DNA from: Candidatus Latescibacterota bacterium
GTDB lineage: Bacteria > Latescibacterota > UBA2968 > GCA-2709665
Assembly (NCBI GenBank): GCA_965219995.1
Contig: CBDCOX010000002.1
Location: forward strand, 3,296,001-3,360,000
DNA: 64,000 nucleotides
Direction of reading: 5' to 3'
Shown here: in pieces, positions 9,412 to 18,480 of the stretch
Layout of the letters: each line of letters opens with the position of its first letter
How positions within the stretch are numbered: the first letter of the stretch is position 1
Made by a program: the position numbers and the translations under genes
Notes under the pieces: generated by a model
The model's database searches: none
What the model was told of the DNA's origin: nothing
Seen by the model: only the letters and a program-made list of their open reading frames with translations

Positions 9412-10392
9412 CTATTGTGCGTCGTCCTTACGTACCAGCTTCCAGACGTCCGGAAACATGTTGTTGCCCGCGACCATCCAGAGCGCGTCGTTGTAGACGA
9501 ATACACTGGCTGCATGGCGGGGGGCCCACGGCGTATCCGGCAATTCGGACCAGTCCACACCATCAGAGCTGTACCACACGTCGTTCCGGTTCCAGCTTCC
9601 CGTCGCTTCGTCCATCGAACGATGGGCCGCCGCGTGAAAACACCCCTCCATCACCCACATCTTTTCGTCCCACACGCCAACGTCGTGATACTGGCGAGGG
9701 ACCCACGGCGCCGACCGCGTATGCAGTTCCCAATTGACGCCGTCGGCTGTACTCCAGACGTCGCCGAACATCTTCCGGCTGTTGATCCGCGGCGTATCGT
9801 ACGTGCCGCCGCCCAGAATCCAGATCCGGTCCTGAAAAACGGCGCTGCCGCCAATCATCCCCCGCGCTTCCCACGGCGCGTTTTCCAACACCCGGTTCCA
9901 GGTCCGCCCGTCGGCCGAATGCCATACGTCGTTGAAGAAGACCTCGTCTTCGTCCGCGAACTGCGGGATGGTCTGCCCGCCCATCACCCAGATTCTGCCG
10001 TCGTGAACCGCCGTATAGTGCAATACCCTCGGGCCCCAGGGGACCGGGTCGCACACCAGTTCCCAGTCCACGCCGTCGGAACTTCGCCACACGTCGTTCT
10101 GATAGTGTCCCTGGTTGCAGTCTCCGCCCACGATCCACATCCGACCGTCGTGGACCGCGTATCCAGCGGTGTGGCGGCCTTCCCAGGGCGCCTCCTCGCT
10201 CACCTCGATCCAGGTTAACCCATCGTCGGAACTCCATACCTCGCTGTTACAGATGATAGGAAAATTGACTTTGTCCCGCGGATTCCAGCCGCCCAGCAGC
10301 CACATTTTGTCCTGAAACACCAGCGCCCCGGCGCCATCGCGGCCCGCGAACGCGGCTTCTTCCGTTACGCAAACCCATTCATATTTGGACAT
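9412..10392 (-). CDS. Kelch-repeat beta-propeller protein
   Basis: Repeated W-x2-GG / NDVWxSxDG-xxW / APW-xR units; GGAGG RBS. Confidence 0.85.
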   Translation of the reverse strand: MSKYEWVCVTEEAAFAGRDGAGALVFQDKMWLLGGWNPRDKVNFPIICNSEVWSSDDGLTWIEVSEEAPWEGRHTAGYAVHDGRMWIVGGDCNQGHYQNDVWRSSDGVDWELVCDPVPWGPRVLHYTAVHDGRIWVMGGQTIPQFADEDEVFFNDVWHSADGRTWNRVLENAPWEARGMIGGSAVFQDRIWILGGGTYDTPRINSRKMFGDVWSTADGVNWELHTRSAPWVPRQYHDVGVWDEKMWVMEGCFHAAAHRSMDEATGSWNRNDVWYSSDGVDWSELPDTPWAPRHAASVFVYNDALWMVAGNNMFPDVWKLVRKDDAQ

Positions 10393-10448
10393 AAAAACCT
10401 CCTGGTGTCACCATTCAAAACCGCAAACGATACGTCTCGTGATTTATC

Positions 10449-10495
10449 AAAAAAAGAAAAAAGCCGCGCCACGGAAAATGCCTCGGGCGGGGCTA
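10449..10495 (-). terminator. Terminator-like hairpin between the Gfo and kelch genes
   Basis: Imperfect GC stem followed on the minus strand by TTTTTTCTTTTTTT. Confidence 0.4.
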
Positions 10496-10698
10496 TTTCT
10501 TGGACGTGACAGGTAGAATCCTACCCCCGTCTTGGGGGAAGCAAATCGGGCGGTTCGCGAACCGCCCCTACAAGATCCGCGAATTCGCGAATTGATATTG
10601 CCAGGCCATGACGATATCCTATACCCGCGGTAACATAATCTCCCCTCTTCCGTCTCCCGTCTCCCCGGGGAAGGGGGCCGGGGGGTGAGGGCCTCTTT

Positions 10699-11760
10699 CT
10701 ACCACCCCTGCCGCCCTACGTACAGGCCCCGGTTCTTCATGGGCAGCCGGACGCGGACGCCGCCGAGTCGATGTGACTCGATAAAGCCCATGATCATCTC
10801 CTGGCTGCGCCGCGCCAACTGTATCGGCCCACTGGTCTCGCGATTGTCATCCAGCGCCTCGGCGATATCCCTGAGTCCGTTCACCGTACCACTTTCCCTC
10901 GGCACCTCGGGAAACGGCCGCTCTTTCAGCGCACGCGGCGCGCCGGAGGCCTGCCGGAACTGGCAGATCATCCCGTTGTCGAACGTCCTCAGCTTTCCGC
11001 CGGAGCCGCAAAGCTCGAATTCCGCTCCGCTGCCGGCCGTTACATAACCGAGGACGCCGTTGTGAAACCGCACGAACCCGGCTGCCACGCCCGGGTCCAC
11101 GTTCAGCCGGTTGTCGTCCCAGTCCCCATCCTCACACACAATGGTTCCCTGAACGAAATCGATCTCCGGATCGCCCGCGAGATACAACATCATATCCGAT
11201 CCGTGGGTGAGCCCCCACAACGCGGCGGTCACCCCCTGCTGCACGATCACGGCCTGGACCGACCCCAGTTCGCCCGCATCGGCCAGTTCCCGCATTTTCT
11301 GATAAATCGGAATATACCGGCGCTGGGTGCCGTAATTGAACTTCGTTCCGTTCCGCTCTACCGCCGCCACCATCGCGTCGGCTTCCTCCATCGAGCAGCA
11401 AAGCGGCTTTTCGCAATAGATCCCCTTAACGCCCTGGTCGGCCGCGAATACGGTCATCTCCGCGTGGGTTGCGGGGCGCGTGGCGATACACACGACATCC
11501 GGTTTCTCTTTGTCGATCATCTCCCGGTAGTCGGTGTAACAGACCGGAACGTTGTACCGGTCCCGAATCGATTCCGCCTTCTCGCCCACCACGTCCGAGA
11601 CCGCGATCAGTTCCGTCCGCTCGCAGGCCACGGCGGCCGCGGCGTGCGAGTACGGAATCCAGAGGTTGCTGTCGGGATGGTCGCGCACCTCATCGTCAAT
11701 GGTCGCCCCCATCCGTCCGCATCCGATCAACGCCGTACGATAACGATCCGCCATTTTCAT
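10699..11760 (-). CDS. Gfo/Idh/MocA family oxidoreductase
   Basis: IGCGRMG Rossmann motif; CEKP motif. Confidence 0.92.
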   Translation of the reverse strand: MKMADRYRTALIGCGRMGATIDDEVRDHPDSNLWIPYSHAAAAVACERTELIAVSDVVGEKAESIRDRYNVPVCYTDYREMIDKEKPDVVCIATRPATHAEMTVFAADQGVKGIYCEKPLCCSMEEADAMVAAVERNGTKFNYGTQRRYIPIYQKMRELADAGELGSVQAVIVQQGVTAALWGLTHGSDMMLYLAGDPEIDFVQGTIVCEDGDWDDNRLNVDPGVAAGFVRFHNGVLGYVTAGSGAEFELCGSGGKLRTFDNGMICQFRQASGAPRALKERPFPEVPRESGTVNGLRDIAEALDDNRETSGPIQLARRSQEMIMGFIESHRLGGVRVRLPMKNRGLYVGRQGW

Positions 11761-11832
11761 ACCCTCGTGTTAACCTTGATTCGTAAGTTTTCGTGGACGT
11801 AAATTTGAAACCTTTCCCGCCGGCCCCTCAGA

Positions 11833-11965
11833 AGCGGGTAGACGGGAGACGGTAGAGGGGAGAGATTTCCTGCCTTGTGGCGTTTCTTCTCCTGCCGGAG
11901 GCAAGAGGAAACAAAGGACCGGGCAAGGGTTTCTTCTACCGTCTTCCCTCTACCCTCTACCCGCA
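11833..11965. repeat. Heptamer-ended MITE-like repeat
   Basis: Left end GCGGGTAGACGGGAGACGGTAGAGG, right end CTACCGTCTTCCCTCTACCCTCTACCCGC; core similar to 15928-16095. Confidence 0.7.
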
Positions 11966-12023
11966 TTCATGCTCTTGTAGCCAATTTGACTTTTGTCTTT
12001 TTTCGAATTGAGATCAATGAGCG

Positions 12024-13592
12024 TTATTCCACCGAATTAGACTGCATCTCAGCCCGCAGGGGGCCGAACATCCCGTGGCTCCATCGAAACTCCGCGTCCA
12101 ATGCCGCCTCCGCCCGCCCGGCGGGGACCGGCGCCGAACCCAGGAACCGCCCGTCCTGAGCGATGCTGATTCTGTCCTCTCCGATGGTAAACGCAAGGGT
12201 CGTCGGCTTTCCCGTCCAGGCAACCGGCACGGATACGCTGCCCGGTTTTCTCACCCGGTAGACCATGCGGTACTGGTTCCACACCTCGTCGTCGTGCAGG
12301 AACGAATGCCGCATGTCCCGCACGGGACACCCCTTGGCGCTCACCGACAGGAACATCGCGTCTCCATTCGGCGCCAGCCCGGTCACGCGTTGTCCCCAAT
12401 CGTTGATAACCAGGTCGGTACCATGTTCTTCGTTGTACGCGACCACCCGGTCTTCGTAGGGATGATTCATCGTATCCGTAATCGGCGGCTTCCGAAAGTT
12501 TCGCCTCACAAACTTCCACTCGTCTCCGTGCGCGTCGTACCGCCACAGTTCAGACCAGGGCCATACCCCCACGTATAGGTCCCCTCCGTAAATCGCGGTT
12601 GTCTGCGCCTCGCGCACGCTGCCGGACACGCCCGGCATCACCGGCGGCGAGCCTTCCAGGTGCCGAAGCTCCTTGCCGTCGTACTTGAACAGGTTTCCCG
12701 TGGGGTACTGTGCGATCAGCATCTCGTCGTACCAGTTCAACATCGAATACAGCTGAAAACTCACGCCCGCCAGCGACGCGCGCACGATCTTCCAACCGGA
12801 TCCGTCGAAAACGTAAACACCCCCCATATTGGACGAGTTCACGATCTCATCTCCGAGTTGTCCGATGGAAAACGGCGTCTCCTGCGGATATTTCAGGTCG
12901 AGCGTCACCGCCTGATCCAGGTCGACCGGTCCATCTCCCGGCTTCCACGGGACCGCGTACAGCGTGGTGAACGGCGGGTCCGAATCGTGGTCCTTGTGGA
13001 AAAACGCAAGATAGCCCAGGGCGTAATAGAAGTGGTGGTAGTGTCCTGACGCGGGCTTTTCCACGACCTGCTCGCCGTCGTACCAGGCTTCGCCCCCTTT
13101 GAACTGGAATATCTTCCCGGCAACCCGCATTTTCCCGTCGCCGGCGACGGCTTCGCCCACGCCGAAGCTCTCGTCCACCTGCCACCCGCCGGCCTCGTCG
13201 TCCCACCATCGCGCGGTCCTGTCCTGGTGATAGCTGCACGAATACACGCGGCCATCCAGGTCGAACAGGTAGCTGCCGCCGTCCTCGGTGGAGGGCGGCA
13301 GGGTTTCGAATGTCTCCTCTGCCTCGTCGTCGCGGAGATAAAACTGCAGCGTGAACCGATCCATCCGAAACGCCGTATTATATACGCCCGCAAAACCCGC
13401 CCCCATCACCACCCGGCCCTCCGAGTCGCGGGCTTCGAAAAGGGAACCCCAATTCTGTCCGACGTCCTGACCGAAGTCAATCGTTGTTGTAATCTGCATC
13501 AGCGGTCTCTCCTCGGCATGCCCCGGCCTCGGCCAGAGCAACAATGTGACAAGGACCCAGTTCATGGCAAAGCGGTTTGAAACGGTCACCAT
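12024..13592 (-). CDS. Secreted hypothetical protein (beta-rich, propeller-like)
   Basis: Start reassigned to ATG 13592 (TGATG overlap with the upstream dehydrogenase). Signal-like MNWVLVTLLLWPRPGHA; YGGDLYVGVWPW and GGVYVFDG..W blades. The extra N-terminus in the ORF track overlaps the dehydrogenase and is spurious. Confidence 0.7.
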   Translation of the reverse strand: MVTVSNRFAMNWVLVTLLLWPRPGHAEERPLMQITTTIDFGQDVGQNWGSLFEARDSEGRVVMGAGFAGVYNTAFRMDRFTLQFYLRDDEAEETFETLPPSTEDGGSYLFDLDGRVYSCSYHQDRTARWWDDEAGGWQVDESFGVGEAVAGDGKMRVAGKIFQFKGGEAWYDGEQVVEKPASGHYHHFYYALGYLAFFHKDHDSDPPFTTLYAVPWKPGDGPVDLDQAVTLDLKYPQETPFSIGQLGDEIVNSSNMGGVYVFDGSGWKIVRASLAGVSFQLYSMLNWYDEMLIAQYPTGNLFKYDGKELRHLEGSPPVMPGVSGSVREAQTTAIYGGDLYVGVWPWSELWRYDAHGDEWKFVRRNFRKPPITDTMNHPYEDRVVAYNEEHGTDLVINDWGQRVTGLAPNGDAMFLSVSAKGCPVRDMRHSFLHDDEVWNQYRMVYRVRKPGSVSVPVAWTGKPTTLAFTIGEDRISIAQDGRFLGSAPVPAGRAEAALDAEFRWSHGMFGPLRAEMQSNSVE

Positions 13593-14554
13593 CAAAATGC
13601 CAGGACGACCTTTACCGCGCCGTCCGTCTCCGGATGCTCGAACGCCAGTTCGAACGCTTCCTGGATCTTTTCGAACGGCATCAGGTGCGTCAGAATCGGC
13701 CGCACGTCCAGCCGGCCCTGCGTGATCCAGTCCAGCGCAAGCGTATAGTCCAGGCCCGGATTCGGGCCGACCGACGTCACGATCTGCAGTTCCTTCCTGA
13801 ACATATTCATAAACGAAAGCGTCATCCGCCCCTCGGCATTCTCCTTGTTCGGTACTCCGAAGTATACCAGCGTGCCGTCCTGGCGAAGCAGGTCGCCGCA
13901 CAGGTTGAACGTGGACTCCCGGCCCACGGCCTCCACCGCAAGGTCCACCATCTCTCCGCCGGTAATCTCCGCAACCGCCTCCGCCAGGTCGCACGTTTCC
14001 GGATTGATGGTATGGGTCGCACCCATCCCGGGCGACACGTCCAGCCGATGGGGGAGCGGGTCCACGCCGATAATGGTCCTTGCGCCCAGGTTGCGCAACG
14101 TGGCATTGAACAGTTGTCCGACCGGACCCTGCCCCATCACCAGGGCCTTCCGGTTGATCACGTTGCCGAGCTTGTAAAAGCAGTGAATGACCGTACCCAA
14201 CAACTGGCTCATCAGCGCTACTTCCGGGTCGACGTCCCTGGGCAGCTTCACGCACGCCGTCGGATCGGCCAGCACGTATTCCTGGAAGAGGCCCCGGTCG
14301 AAGCCCCACAACAGCACCCGATCGCCGACGTTGAAGGCGTCCGTCGGGCACGCCTCGACGATCCCCAGCCCTTCGTGCCCCGTCTGCCCCAGCTCCATGG
14401 GATAGGACGTCCCTACCCCGCAAAACGCCGGCTTGTCCGTCCCGCATATCCCCACCCGCTCCAGTCGGACAAGCATCATCTCCCCGTTTGCTTCGGGCCG
14501 CTCCACCTCGGAAAGCTCCCACTGGCGGGGCGCCACCAATCTAGCCGCTCTCAT
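13592..14554 (-). CDS. Zinc-binding (MDR) alcohol/sugar dehydrogenase
   Basis: GICGTD, GHEG and GQGPVG motifs. Confidence 0.92.
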   Translation of the reverse strand: MRAARLVAPRQWELSEVERPEANGEMMLVRLERVGICGTDKPAFCGVGTSYPMELGQTGHEGLGIVEACPTDAFNVGDRVLLWGFDRGLFQEYVLADPTACVKLPRDVDPEVALMSQLLGTVIHCFYKLGNVINRKALVMGQGPVGQLFNATLRNLGARTIIGVDPLPHRLDVSPGMGATHTINPETCDLAEAVAEITGGEMVDLAVEAVGRESTFNLCGDLLRQDGTLVYFGVPNKENAEGRMTLSFMNMFRKELQIVTSVGPNPGLDYTLALDWITQGRLDVRPILTHLMPFEKIQEAFELAFEHPETDGAVKVVLAF

Positions 14555-14575
14555 CGATACACACCTCTCTCGAAA

Positions 14576-15832
14576 TCAGTCCCAAACCGGCCAATCCTGA
14601 TCCTGCAAGCGCCTCCACAATCCGTCGAACGCCTCGCTTCCGTCGTCCTCCCACTCGTCCAGGCGGACGCCGGGCGCAAAGGATTCGTCCACGCCCTCTT
14701 TCATCAGCCGCTCCGCCTGCTGCAGATTCCGATAGTAGTGTCTGATGCCGCCCGGAAACGTCACCACGGACAGGTGCCTGGGCCAATCCACCGCGGGCGT
14801 CTCCCGGTATTTCGCAACGGCATCCTCGTCCAGCGTGACGCCCAGCCCGGGCGCCTCCGGGACCCTCATGAAGCCGCGCTGAATCGGATGCGCGTCCACA
14901 ATCAGATCGTCTTCGTACGAGTGGCTGGCCGTCACGCCCGGCAACGTCGCTGTCGGCATGACAGCGCCAAGTTGAAGCGCGAACGCCGTTGTGATCCCCG
15001 TGCCCACGTACTGCAGCAGGATCGGCGTATTCGCCGCGGCGAACGTCCACCCCGCCGCCAGCGCATCCCGCACGCACTCGTGGCTGCACAGCGCGCCTTC
15101 GAAGTCGCCGGCGCGAAGTCCCGTCCACGGCCCGGAGGGCTGCCGGGACGCGGCCTCGGAAAGCACGCGCACACCGTGCAGATAGAAGGGGACGCGGATC
15201 TCCCGGTGCAGCCTGCGCCAGCCGTCGATATCGTACGCGAAGATCGGCTCCTCGACGCCCTTTACGACGGGGATCTTCTCCAGCGCCCTCAGCACCGGAA
15301 GCGCCTTCTCGACGCATATCAACGCGCCGTTGAAGTCGAACTCCACGCGGAAATCCGGCGGCGCCGCCTCCTGAATCGCCTGCGCGCATTCCACCACGTC
15401 GTAAAACGCGCGGGCCTTGCACTTCAGCCCCCGGAACCCGCGATCCGCCGCAACCCGGACCTCCGCCGCCGTATCCTCGGGCGACATGCTGGGCATCCAC
15501 CATCCCATGGCCACCCATTGACGCGCCTGCTGCCCCATCACCTTCCACGCGGGCAGTCCCAGGTGCTTGCCCATGAGGTCGTAACACGCCATATCCAGAT
15601 TGAACCGCCCGCGTCCCATGACGTGGTCGAAGGGATCCGTCCCGATATAAGCGTCCAGCGCCCCCCGATCCAGCGGCGGTCCGGGATTCTCACCCAGCCC
15701 CTCCAGTCCGGTATCCGTATGAAACCGGTATACCGTCACTTCCTCCGTCATCGCGAAGTGATGGTACGCCTTCCGGATTCGCGCTTCATAGGGAACCCTA
15801 AGGGGAATCACTTCGACGTCCGTGATCTTCAT
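14576..15832 (-). CDS. Mandelate racemase/muconate lactonizing enzyme (enolase superfamily)
   Basis: MKITDVEV, DMACYDLMGKHLGLP, KCK, EFDFNG, EEP, PGLGVTLD. Confidence 0.88.
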   Translation of the reverse strand: MKITDVEVIPLRVPYEARIRKAYHHFAMTEEVTVYRFHTDTGLEGLGENPGPPLDRGALDAYIGTDPFDHVMGRGRFNLDMACYDLMGKHLGLPAWKVMGQQARQWVAMGWWMPSMSPEDTAAEVRVAADRGFRGLKCKARAFYDVVECAQAIQEAAPPDFRVEFDFNGALICVEKALPVLRALEKIPVVKGVEEPIFAYDIDGWRRLHREIRVPFYLHGVRVLSEAASRQPSGPWTGLRAGDFEGALCSHECVRDALAAGWTFAAANTPILLQYVGTGITTAFALQLGAVMPTATLPGVTASHSYEDDLIVDAHPIQRGFMRVPEAPGLGVTLDEDAVAKYRETPAVDWPRHLSVVTFPGGIRHYYRNLQQAERLMKEGVDESFAPGVRLDEWEDDGSEAFDGLWRRLQDQDWPVWD

Positions 15833-15927
15833 CTCGATCTTCCTTGCCCAAACGGGGGGTTGGTCTACCGCTCGGATGCGTACGGTTACATCGCTTGAAT
15901 TCCGCCATATCCGATGGTATATATAAT

Positions 15928-16095
15928 GCGGGCAGAGGTAAGACGGAAGACAGGAGAGATTGCCTGCCTTGTGGGGTTTCTTCTCGTGCCAAAGGCAACA
16001 AGGAATAAAATATCGGGCAAGGGCTTCTTCTCACGTCTCCCCTCTCCCGTCTCCCCGCATTTCTTCTACCCTCTCCCGTCTACCCTCTTACCGCC
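15928..16095. repeat. Heptamer-ended MITE-like repeat
   Basis: GAGGTAAGACGGAAGAC... and ...CTCACGTCTCCCCTCTCCCGTCTCCCC...CTCCCGTCTACCCTCTTACCGC. Confidence 0.7.
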
Positions 16096-16112
16096 TCTCG
16101 AAAGGTGGTCCC

Positions 16113-17051
16113 ATGGCCCAGCGTCTTGTCTACTTCAACGGCAGCTACGTTTCCGAGCAGGACGCGCGGATCTCCATTTTCGATTCGGCCCTCATGTTCG
16201 GGGACATGGTATTTGAAATGACCCGGTCATTCAAGCAAAAACCCTACCGCTTGCGAGACCACCTGGACCGTCTCTATGCCTCGATGCAGTACGCCCGGAT
16301 CGACTGCGGGCTGAACATCGAACAGATGGAAGCCGCCACCGGCGAGACCATTGAACGGAATCTGCCCGCACTGGAAGGCCTGGACTACCAGATCATGCAC
16401 AACGTCACGCGGGGCGCCCTTCCCCTGTACGACACGCTTGTCCGGGAAGGCCTGCGTCCAATCGTCACCATCAACGTCATCCCGCTCGTGCGGCACATTG
16501 GCGGCGGGGCGCACACCTACGAAGAAGGGGCGCATTTCGTCGTCACGCCCCAGCAGTCCGTACCCGCGCGCTATATCGATCCCAAAGCGAAGAACCGCAG
16601 CCGGATCTACTATCAGCTCGCCCAACTGCAGGCGCAGCAGATGGAAAAGGGCGCCAACGCCCTGCTCACCGACGAACACGGCTTCATCACCGAAGGCACC
16701 GGAAGCAATGTGTTCATCGTCCGACACGGCGAAATCCGAACGCCGAAACCCCACGATATCCTGCGCGGCGTCTCAAGACAGGCCTGCATGGAGCTTGCAG
16801 AAGCGCTGAACATCCCCGTCAGGGAGGCCGATATCGGACCCTACGACGTGCGAGACGCCGATGAGGCGTGGTACACCGCGACCACGATATGCATGGTACC
16901 CATCACCCGCTTCGACTTCCAACCGGTCGGCTCGGGCCGTCCGGGACCCGTCTATCGACGGCTGATCGAAGCATGGTCCAATGAGGTCGGCCTGGACATC
17001 CCCGCCCAGGCCAGGGAATACGCCGAGCGGGCGAAGACCTGGACGCCCTGA
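16113..17051 (+). CDS. Aminotransferase class IV (branched-chain/D-amino-acid type)
   Basis: MAQRLVYFNG, DSALMFGDMVFE, catalytic K in PKAKNRSR, ITEGTGSNVF, LRGVSR. Confidence 0.92.
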   Translation: MAQRLVYFNGSYVSEQDARISIFDSALMFGDMVFEMTRSFKQKPYRLRDHLDRLYASMQYARIDCGLNIEQMEAATGETIERNLPALEGLDYQIMHNVTRGALPLYDTLVREGLRPIVTINVIPLVRHIGGGAHTYEEGAHFVVTPQQSVPARYIDPKAKNRSRIYYQLAQLQAQQMEKGANALLTDEHGFITEGTGSNVFIVRHGEIRTPKPHDILRGVSRQACMELAEALNIPVREADIGPYDVRDADEAWYTATTICMVPITRFDFQPVGSGRPGPVYRRLIEAWSNEVGLDIPAQAREYAERAKTWTP

Positions 17052-17124
17052 TCGCCGGCAGCAGAGCCGTACGGCGGCGATCTACCCCACCCATCGTCCA
17101 ACCCCATTACATGGAGCGACAATT

Positions 17125-18111
17125 ATGCCCTCCTACCGAGCGGCCCTCATCGGCTGCGGCAACATATCCGGCCGCCACGCACGAGCCTACGTCGACCAGG
17201 GCAACGTCGAGCTTGTTGCCGCCTGCGACATCAACCCGGTGACTCTGAACAAGACCTGCGACGAATTGAACATTCCCGGCCGCTACGCTTCTCACCAGGA
17301 CCTCTTCGAGCGCGAGTCCGACGTCGATCTCGTCAGCGTATGCACCTACCCGAAGGTCCACGCCGAGCAAACCGTCGCCGCGGCAAACGCCGGCGCAAAG
17401 GGCGTACTGTGCGAAAAGCCCATGTGTCTGAGTCTGGACGAAGCCGACGCCATGATCCACGCCTGCCGGCAGAACAATACGCGGCTGGTTATTGCCCACC
17501 GGCACCGCCAGAGCCCCAACTTCAACAAGGCGCGAAACCTGATTGACGAAGGCGCCATTGGAGAACCCCGACTGGTCTGGAGCTATCTCACCAGCTGCCT
17601 GGTGGACAACGGCACCCATATCGTCGACATGATGCGCTACCTTCTGGGCGATCCGGAGGCGGACTGGGCGATGGGGCAGGCGTCCCGCAAACGCGACACC
17701 CTCTATCAGGGCTCGCCCGCGGAAGAATCCAGTATGGGGCTTGTCGCGTTCAGGACCGGGACCCGCGCCTTCCTCGAAATGGGTGAAAAGACGCAAACGG
17801 ACGGGTTCCGCTTTCGCGTTCTGGGAAGCGAAGGAACGATAGAAGCCGCCCTCGACGAGGTGATCCTCACCGACAAAAACGGCATCGCACACTTTCGCGA
17901 GGCACCCAAACCCGGCTTCTTCGAGCAGACCGGGGAGATGATCGCGTGGATGGAAGGCGGACCCGAGCACCGGAGTTCAGCCGAACAGGGCCGGGCCGCA
18001 ACCGAACTCCTTATGGCGATGCACGAATCCGCCCGGATCGGTGAGCTGATCGAGCTGCCTCTCAAGATTGGGTTCGATCCGATGAAGAAGAGAACGGAAA
18101 AAAGCGGGTAG
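17125..18111 (+). CDS. Gfo/Idh/MocA family oxidoreductase
   Basis: IGCGNIS, CEKPM, DNGTH; start reassigned to ATG 17125. Confidence 0.92.
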   Translation: MPSYRAALIGCGNISGRHARAYVDQGNVELVAACDINPVTLNKTCDELNIPGRYASHQDLFERESDVDLVSVCTYPKVHAEQTVAAANAGAKGVLCEKPMCLSLDEADAMIHACRQNNTRLVIAHRHRQSPNFNKARNLIDEGAIGEPRLVWSYLTSCLVDNGTHIVDMMRYLLGDPEADWAMGQASRKRDTLYQGSPAEESSMGLVAFRTGTRAFLEMGEKTQTDGFRFRVLGSEGTIEAALDEVILTDKNGIAHFREAPKPGFFEQTGEMIAWMEGGPEHRSSAEQGRAATELLMAMHESARIGELIELPLKIGFDPMKKRTEKSG

Positions 18112-18480
18112 ACGTAAGACGTGAGACGTGAGATGATCACCCCGCATCGCTCGGACATCGATATGGACTGGCGATATCAATTCGTCGATGCGCGGACCTC
18201 TCCTCGCGCCCCCCACCCCTGGGGAGACGTTAGACGTGAGACGGGAGAAGAAATGAGTGCCTGTTCGGTATCATCTCTTGCCGCAGGCATAAGGGAAAAA
18301 CCAATCTGGCGAGGATGTCATCTACCGTCTACCGTCTTGCCGCTTTTTTCTACCGTCTACCGTCTTGCGTCTCACCGGTTTTATTGCCCCGTGCGGGTTC
18401 ATCTCTTGCCGACGGCATTAAGGACGAGCCAATTGGGCAAGGACGTCTTCTACCGTCTCACGTCTACCCTCTTACCGCCT
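18104..18480. repeat. Composite heptamer-ended repeat between convergent genes
   Basis: GTAGACGTAAGACGTGAGACGTGAGA...TGCCTGTTCGGTATCATCTCTTGCCGCAGGCAT...CTACCGTCTACCGTC; homologous to 25346-25587 and 20388-20519. Confidence 0.8.

Noticed and set aside
13593-14522. N-terminal ~310 aa of the 832-aa ORF 12024-14522
   Set aside because: Out-of-frame overlap with the zinc dehydrogenase, Gly/Arg-rich; the real start is at about 13592.
13577-15898. 773-aa plus-strand ORF, and similar long ORFs at 18121-20277, 47771-49120, 51914-53299 and 61837-63360
   Set aside because: Antisense shadows of well-supported genes in GC-rich DNA, with no recognisable motifs.
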